From assembly GCA_035632315.1 (NCBI GenBank), contig DASQGZ010000010.1, positions 45,524 through 109,523 on the forward strand: DNA of 64,000 nt, written 5' to 3'. Position 1 is the stretch's first letter; each line of letters begins with the position of its first letter. Both the position numbers and the translations under genes were made by a program. Source of the DNA: Candidatus Kapaibacterium sp. Lineage in GTDB: Bacteria > Bacteroidota > Ignavibacteria > Palsa-1295. Of this stretch, positions 59,048 through 64,000 are shown piece after piece. Below the pieces are notes generated by a model that worked only from the letters and a program-made list of their open reading frames with translations, was not told where the DNA came from and did not search any database.

Positions 59048-59737
59048 ATGAACCGTCTGACGAATTACGATCCGCCGCAGCCGAGATATATTGCGGTTGA
59101 AGGCCCTATCGGTGTCGGTAAAACGACCCTTGCCGAATTGCTTGCGGAGCGGTTTCGCGCGGAGCTGATTCTCGAGCGATATGCCGAGAACCCATTTTTA
59201 GAAAAATTTTACCGAGATCGCCGCGGCTCCGCATTTCAGACACAGCTATTCTTTCTGTTGTCTCGCTATCGTCAGCATCAGGAGATGGCTCATACCGATC
59301 TGTTCTATGAAAGTGTCGTATGTGATTATCTTTTCGCTAAAGACAGGATATTTGCGGAGGTCAACCTCAATCGTGATGAACTGAAACTCTACGATGAAGT
59401 AGCGACGGCACTCAACAGGACGCTTCCGACGCCTGATGTTGTGATCTATCTGCAGGGAAGTGTTGAGTTATTACAGCAGAATATTCGCAAACGCAGCCGC
59501 AGCTTCGAGCAGGGGATCACCCGTGAATACCTTGAAGAGCTTGTCTCGGCGTACAACGATTTCTTTTTTCATTACCGCGACAGCCGGCTCATTGTTGCTA
59601 ACTGCGATAACTTCGATTTTCTCGGACGTCCCGATCATTTCGCCCGCCTCGTCGAAACGGTCCATCGGTTTCCGTACCCGCCGGTAGAATATATGGTTTC
59701 GAGTGAAACATTCTTCCGACCGGTATCTGAAAAGTAA
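59048..59737 (+). CDS. deoxynucleoside kinase (dAK/dGK/dCK family)
   Basis: 'YIAVEGPIGVGKTTLAELLAERF' P-loop and the 'ERY..NPFL..FY' and 'RS.FEQ' blocks of the dNK family. Confidence 0.85.
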   Translation: MNRLTNYDPPQPRYIAVEGPIGVGKTTLAELLAERFRAELILERYAENPFLEKFYRDRRGSAFQTQLFFLLSRYRQHQEMAHTDLFYESVVCDYLFAKDRIFAEVNLNRDELKLYDEVATALNRTLPTPDVVIYLQGSVELLQQNIRKRSRSFEQGITREYLEELVSAYNDFFFHYRDSRLIVANCDNFDFLGRPDHFARLVETVHRFPYPPVEYMVSSETFFRPVSEK

Positions 59738-59769
59738 ATCTAGGGTTTACGTCGCAGACGGCCGGCGAT

Positions 59770-60024
59770 TTAGTGATGGACGTCGTTTTTAGAGAGCTGT
59801 CCGAACTTTACGATCTTCACAACGCGGGCCTTCGGGCGGAGCACTGCCGGTACGAACATCATTGCCTGCTCGTGTGAATCTGCTTCGATGATCGCCCATG
59901 CGGTATGGTCGCCATCTTTACAGCCCCAATCGACATGGGTTGCAAAACCCGCCGCAACGACCTGCTTAACGACTGCGTTGCAGTCCTGATCGGTATGCGG
60001 GCTGATGATCATGTATCTATCCAT
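59770..60024 (-). CDS. small hypothetical protein
   Basis: About 84 aa from the internal Met (MDRYMIISPHTDQDC..); no family recognised. Confidence 0.3.
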   Translation of the reverse strand: MDRYMIISPHTDQDCNAVVKQVVAAGFATHVDWGCKDGDHTAWAIIEADSHEQAMMFVPAVLRPKARVVKIVKFGQLSKNDVHH

Positions 60025-60076
60025 ATCTGCGCACTCAAGGTTATTAATCAAATTATATACAATAATTTATCCCGAA

Positions 60077-60565
60077 TTATTCCTCTTGCGTATGACAATT
60101 CCCGCAGCCGAACCCGGTTGGGTTATCTTTATTGTACTGCTTTAACCCAAGCAACTTTGCCATTTCCGGTTTGACCGTCCCGCCCATGAATTTCATCATG
60201 TCAGGGTGTTTATCCATAAGAGCCTTAAACCCTTCTGCCGTCTTTGGGAGTTTCGGCAGCCGTGGGTTCGGCATTTTATACGTTCCGGAAGCAACGCCTT
60301 CTCCGTGACAGGTCTTGCATTTAATTTCGGAATATTTTGCAGAATCAAACACAACAAAGAGCGCCTTCATGTGCGGCATCACCACAGCTTTCATATAGCC
60401 TTTCTTCGCATCGAAATCCATGCTGTCCCAGTTGATGGTTGAATCAGGCATAGGGACGACCGTATGTAATTTTGCATACGATTTGGATTCTGAAGAAAAT
60501 GCGAACCAAACGATCGCAATAACAGCAAATGCAGCAAGAGTAAAGGGAATAATTTTTGTTTTCAT
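60077..60565 (-). CDS. dihaem c-type cytochrome (secreted)
   Basis: Signal peptide. Two CxxCH haem-binding motifs (CKTCH, CGNCH). Confidence 0.75.
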   Translation of the reverse strand: MKTKIIPFTLAAFAVIAIVWFAFSSESKSYAKLHTVVPMPDSTINWDSMDFDAKKGYMKAVVMPHMKALFVVFDSAKYSEIKCKTCHGEGVASGTYKMPNPRLPKLPKTAEGFKALMDKHPDMMKFMGGTVKPEMAKLLGLKQYNKDNPTGFGCGNCHTQEE

Positions 60566-60864
60566 ATCATATTAATGGTGAAATTTTTTCTACATCGAGG
60601 CACAAAACACTCAAAAGGAGCTCTGGGGAAGCAAAACTTAAAAGATGTATATACATCTATTAAGATAAACCACTTCAAATCCAATAGAATTTCATAATCT
60701 TGGTTTATTTTTAAGCCTGCCATCATAAAAAAAATATGGGTTTAGCAATTTTTGATAATTTAACTTCGCAACTTTGAATTATTCGCCGTGTTCACTTACC
60801 GTCGTTTGGTGTGGGGCGAGTGAAGCAGGGCATTTATTTATTTATCATTCATCGTCTCATTTCT

Positions 60865-62073
60865 ATGAAAACAATTTGTTACTGTGTTCTTTGTATGTTC
60901 TTTGCGTTCAACGCTCTTGCTCAGGGCTGGCAAAAGATAGCATCGATGCCGGCAGGCGCACGCGATGCGGCTATTTCGTTCACGATCGGAAACACGCTGT
61001 TCTGTGGCGGCAGCGGAACTACAAAAGACTTCTATGCCTATGATGCTGCCGCAAGAACGTGGACGAAGAAAGCAAATATCCCCGGAGTACAGATCAATCG
61101 TTGGTTCGCGGTCGGTTTTGCTATTAACAGTAAAGGATATGTCGGGCTTGGAACCGATCACGGAGCGGATTCTCTGAAGAACGATCTCTGGGAGTATGAC
61201 CCGATAAAAGACAGTTGGACACAAAAGGCGGATTATCCCGGCGGACACCGTGATGGTCTCGGTGTCTTTGTTGCCGGCAATAAAGCCTATGTTGGGGGCG
61301 GATCGGACAATGTGTATGTGTATTCTCAGTTCTACGAGTATGATCCGTCGAATGATATGTGGACACAAAAAGCAAATATTCCCGAGAGTGGAGATATTTT
61401 CCCATCTATGTTCACGATCGGCAATTACGGCTACGCTGTCTGCGGCGCCGGCGCTAGTGAATATACAGACCTGTTCCAGTATGACCCTTCATCGGATTCC
61501 TGGAGCGGCCTGAATTCTTTCCCCGGCGAAGCGCGCCAGGCTGCGGTATCGTTCGTGAGTAATGGTAAAGCGTATGTTGGGCTCGGCCAGAGCGGATATA
61601 GTAAGAATTATGCAGATATGTATTCTTATGATCCGGTAAAAGACGAATGGACAAAAGAATTATCTATTCCGGGCACAGGCAGATCGTGGGCGACTATATC
61701 AACAGTTGGTGATACAGCATACATTGGCAACGGAGCATATTTTACAAGTACGAGCTTGAATTATTTAGGCGATTGGTGGGCGTATTCCCCAGCCTTCAAA
61801 TCGTCTGTTCGGTCTGAGACTACTTTGGCTGAAGATATCAACTGCTACCCGACGCCTGCCTCGACTACTATAAATCTGACAGGACTGACACCCGGCTCGG
61901 AGTACAGCTTCACTATTTTCAACGAACTTGGGCGGCAGATGAAATCTGAGAAAATATCCTCTGTTGCGGGAGGGGACGTATCTCTCGATATATCGAAACT
62001 TCCTGCCGGTGCGTACGAGCTTGTGATCTCACATAATATCGGCACAAAAACGATCTCTCTCATCAAAAAATAA
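60865..62073 (+). CDS. beta-propeller (Kelch/YVTN-like repeat) protein with T9SS C-terminal sorting domain
   Basis: Signal peptide MKTICYCVLCMFFAFNALAQG. Repeated 'KAYVG.G' and 'W.YDP..D.W' units. C-terminal 'INCYPTPASTTINLTGL...GAYELVISHNIGTKTISLIKK' is a T9SS CTD. Followed by a CCTCTCTCTTC-GAAA-GAAGGGAGAGG hairpin plus T-rich run (terminator). Confidence 0.55.
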   Translation: MKTICYCVLCMFFAFNALAQGWQKIASMPAGARDAAISFTIGNTLFCGGSGTTKDFYAYDAAARTWTKKANIPGVQINRWFAVGFAINSKGYVGLGTDHGADSLKNDLWEYDPIKDSWTQKADYPGGHRDGLGVFVAGNKAYVGGGSDNVYVYSQFYEYDPSNDMWTQKANIPESGDIFPSMFTIGNYGYAVCGAGASEYTDLFQYDPSSDSWSGLNSFPGEARQAAVSFVSNGKAYVGLGQSGYSKNYADMYSYDPVKDEWTKELSIPGTGRSWATISTVGDTAYIGNGAYFTSTSLNYLGDWWAYSPAFKSSVRSETTLAEDINCYPTPASTTINLTGLTPGSEYSFTIFNELGRQMKSEKISSVAGGDVSLDISKLPAGAYELVISHNIGTKTISLIKK

Positions 62074-62211
62074 ATGCATTCATTCCGTTATAATCCTCTC
62101 TCTTCGAAAGAAGGGAGAGGAATTTATTTTATAAGTGATTTTTAATGATTTAATCCGAAACTATTGGGTTGCGCTTCGTATTTTATGTAATACACAATCC
62201 TGGAGGAAACA

Positions 62212-62514
62212 ATGGTTATGAAAATAGCATCTGTTTTCTTGCTTGGCCTGCTTGGCCTGCTTGGCGCAGTATCACTCTCTTCGTGTGTCAGTCCGTATAA
62301 ATCGCTGTTTACGAATCGTTTTACTAAACAGTACGATTCTACACATATGGGAATAAATCCATTCTTGACACAGCCATTGGTTCAAGATGGGCAAATTCCA
62401 GACTGGGGAGCAATTCGTTCTCACTCATCAATGAATTCGGAAGAAATTGAGCCATACCTCCGTGCTTACGGGTATAGGCAGATAGGACTTCCAGTTGGTA
62501 ATCTCTACCCCTAG
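62212..62514 (+). CDS. small lipoprotein, paralog 1 (CVSPYKSLF family)
   Basis: Signal peptide with LLGLLGLLG, then lipobox 'LSSCVSPYKSLFTNRFTKQYDS'; 100 aa. Confidence 0.5.
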   Translation: MVMKIASVFLLGLLGLLGAVSLSSCVSPYKSLFTNRFTKQYDSTHMGINPFLTQPLVQDGQIPDWGAIRSHSSMNSEEIEPYLRAYGYRQIGLPVGNLYP

Positions 62515-62600
62515 CTTTGTCTCTGAAGAATTGACAAATCCTATATACGGACATAACAACGCATCGTGAAAGATTTTATCATAGAACAAGGAGAATAGTC

Positions 62601-62873
62601 ATGACAAAATCATTATTAATTTTTCTGTCTCTCGCGTTACTTGTGACGTTCACTCAATCATCCTGCGTCAGTCCGTATAAATCGCTGTTCACAAATCGTC
62701 TTACTAACCAGTACAATTCGATGAGTTGGGAAGCAAACTCGTCTGGCTGGACTTATAGCCGATATAATAATACCGCAAACTATGGATCAAACTCGCGATT
62801 TTTTTACAATGGCGTGAATGTCAATGGTGATATAAGTTGGAGTATCAATAGTAATTGTTTTTATCCATACTGA
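62601..62873 (+). CDS. small lipoprotein, paralog 2 (CVSPYKSLF family)
   Basis: 'TQSSCVSPYKSLFTNRLTNQYNS' then a divergent Asn/Ser/Tyr-rich C-terminus. AGGAGAA RBS upstream. Confidence 0.5.
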   Translation: MTKSLLIFLSLALLVTFTQSSCVSPYKSLFTNRLTNQYNSMSWEANSSGWTYSRYNNTANYGSNSRFFYNGVNVNGDISWSINSNCFYPY

Positions 62874-62893
62874 TTATTGAAAGGATAATTAAA

Positions 62894-63214
62894 ATGATTA
62901 AAAAGTTATTTTTGCCTTTTGTGATTATAGTCATCCCGGCAACTTTGCTTTCTTCCTGTGTCAGCCCATATAAGTCGCTTTTCAGTGGAGGGGATGGTAG
63001 TGCTTATCAGTTTCAAACCTCATATAATCCTGTTGGAGGACAATCAGATATACATCGGGTATGGGATGATAAGATAAAGAACGCGGCTGCTTCCGGGTAT
63101 CTTTTTCCGCTTGGACCTAACGCGCAAAATGATATAAACTTCATTGGAGTTTCGCCGTTCTCGGACCACTGCTATTATAATCAGTCCAATTCCGAGACGA
63201 ACTGTAAAAGATAG
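62894..63214 (+). CDS. small lipoprotein, paralog 3 (CVSPYKSLF family)
   Basis: 'LLSSCVSPYKSLFSGGDGS' then an unrelated C-terminus. Internal Met after the AAAGGATAA RBS-like sequence. Confidence 0.5.
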   Translation: MIKKLFLPFVIIVIPATLLSSCVSPYKSLFSGGDGSAYQFQTSYNPVGGQSDIHRVWDDKIKNAAASGYLFPLGPNAQNDINFIGVSPFSDHCYYNQSNSETNCKR

Positions 63215-63223
63215 GGAGGTGAT

Positions 63224-63886
63224 TCATACGAACTGTGTGACTTCTCCCTTTGTAGAAAATTCACCGAGATATTTTGCTCTTAATTCTGGATGAAATATCC
63301 CTGCAAGGATCTCAATACTTTCAACGAGCCGCGGTCCGGGACGAGAAAAGTATTGTGAGCCATCAGCGATCCAGATTTCGTTTGGATTGTACGTCAGGTT
63401 TTTTGCAAGCGTCTCCGCATCCTGCATTTGCCTCTTCACTCCGAAACCGCATTCGGCAAGTACGATAACATCTGCTTGCGCTTCGTTCACAACATCGCAA
63501 CTGATTTGCCGCGACGGAGCGTGCTTGAATGCTTTGGTATTCACGCCGCCGGCAAGTTCTACAAGCTCCGGTATCCAATGCCCGCATGCGAACGGCGGAT
63601 CAGCCCATTCTAGAAAAAGAACTGTTGGCTTCGTGCAGTTTCGGACATCGTCTTGAATAACGTTTGCTCTATCTTTTAACCGACCAACGTACTGGTGAGC
63701 AGGTGCTTCCTTGCCTGCTAAGATGCCCACCTCTGTGATCGAATCGAATACTTCATCAAGTGTTCTTGGTTCAAGATTAATAACGCGCGGCGTGTTCGAA
63801 AGTTTTGCCGCCTGCTCTGCAACATAGTCGAAACTAACGGCACAGACAGTGCAGAGTTGTTGTGTCAAGATAATATCCGGTTTCAA
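63224..63886 (-). CDS. periplasmic-binding-protein-like (class III, BtuF/FhuD-like) protein, possibly N-terminally longer
   Basis: 'KPDIILTQQLCTVCAVSFDYV' and 'EIWIADGSQYFSRPGPRLVESIEILA' resemble cobalamin/iron-siderophore PBP folds. The gene may continue beyond the window edge. Confidence 0.4.
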   Translation of the reverse strand: MKPDIILTQQLCTVCAVSFDYVAEQAAKLSNTPRVINLEPRTLDEVFDSITEVGILAGKEAPAHQYVGRLKDRANVIQDDVRNCTKPTVLFLEWADPPFACGHWIPELVELAGGVNTKAFKHAPSRQISCDVVNEAQADVIVLAECGFGVKRQMQDAETLAKNLTYNPNEIWIADGSQYFSRPGPRLVESIEILAGIFHPELRAKYLGEFSTKGEVTQFV

Positions 63887-64000
63887 CGATTCGAGCGCGT
63901 TAAGATCGAGTTCATAGATCGAGCCGGTCTCGTCAAGTTGTGAACGAACAAGTGTGTCTATCTCTGAGCTTGATAAATGTTCACTTGTCTTCGATCTGGT

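Noticed and set aside
62236-62270. Tandem CTTGGCCTG x3 nucleotide repeat
   Set aside because: Lies inside the signal peptide coding region of lipoprotein paralog 1 (encodes LLGLLGLLG), so it is a coding repeat rather than a regulatory or VNTR element of separate interest.
63886-64000. Extension of the minus-strand PBP-like gene to the window edge
   Set aside because: The frame cannot be confirmed beyond the listed Met without the flanking sequence. Reported only as possibly N-terminally longer.

Overview
The 64 kb window appears to come from a bacterium of the FCB superphylum. The evidence is at least nine secreted proteins carrying type IX secretion (T9SS) C-terminal sorting domains, a Bacteroidota-style promoter motif, and a 16S rRNA gene of uncertain lineage. 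GC is about 50%, interrupted by AT-rich accessory islands.

The core content includes an orphan 16S rRNA gene, ribosomal protein clusters (rplK-rplA; rplM-rpsI; rpsB-tsf-pyrH-frr), and many housekeeping genes (aspS, clpC-type AAA+ chaperone, efp, accB-accC, gcvH, guaA, phoH, cdaA, pcm, miaA, folB-folK, a deoxynucleoside kinase, nth).

The accessory content that stands out:
- Island 1, about 1.6 to 5.4 kb: a Panacea-domain (DUF4065) antitoxin-like gene with an overlapping candidate toxin, abutting an IS1-family transposase, next to an Rx4H (HEPN-like) protein.
- A family of GC-rich palindromic REP-like elements (core CCCTCTCCCGGAGGGAGAGGG) scattered through intergenic DNA between 47.7 and 52.9 kb.
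- These elements bracket a TIR-domain/transmembrane/periplasmic-sensor gene and an AT-rich three-gene cassette of complete unknowns. This is the best candidate here for an undescribed defence or signalling module.
- A DUF1800/DUF1501 pair in which the DUF1501 protein carries both a Tat signal and a T9SS sorting domain.
- A tandem triplet of small lipoproteins with an identical post-lipobox motif and divergent C-termini.
- A ThyX-like tandem-domain protein whose first repeat has a diverged catalytic motif.
- A candidate promoter-to-terminator small RNA.

All family assignments are from motif recognition by eye; no searches were run. Non-ORF coordinates are approximate (about +/-2 nt).
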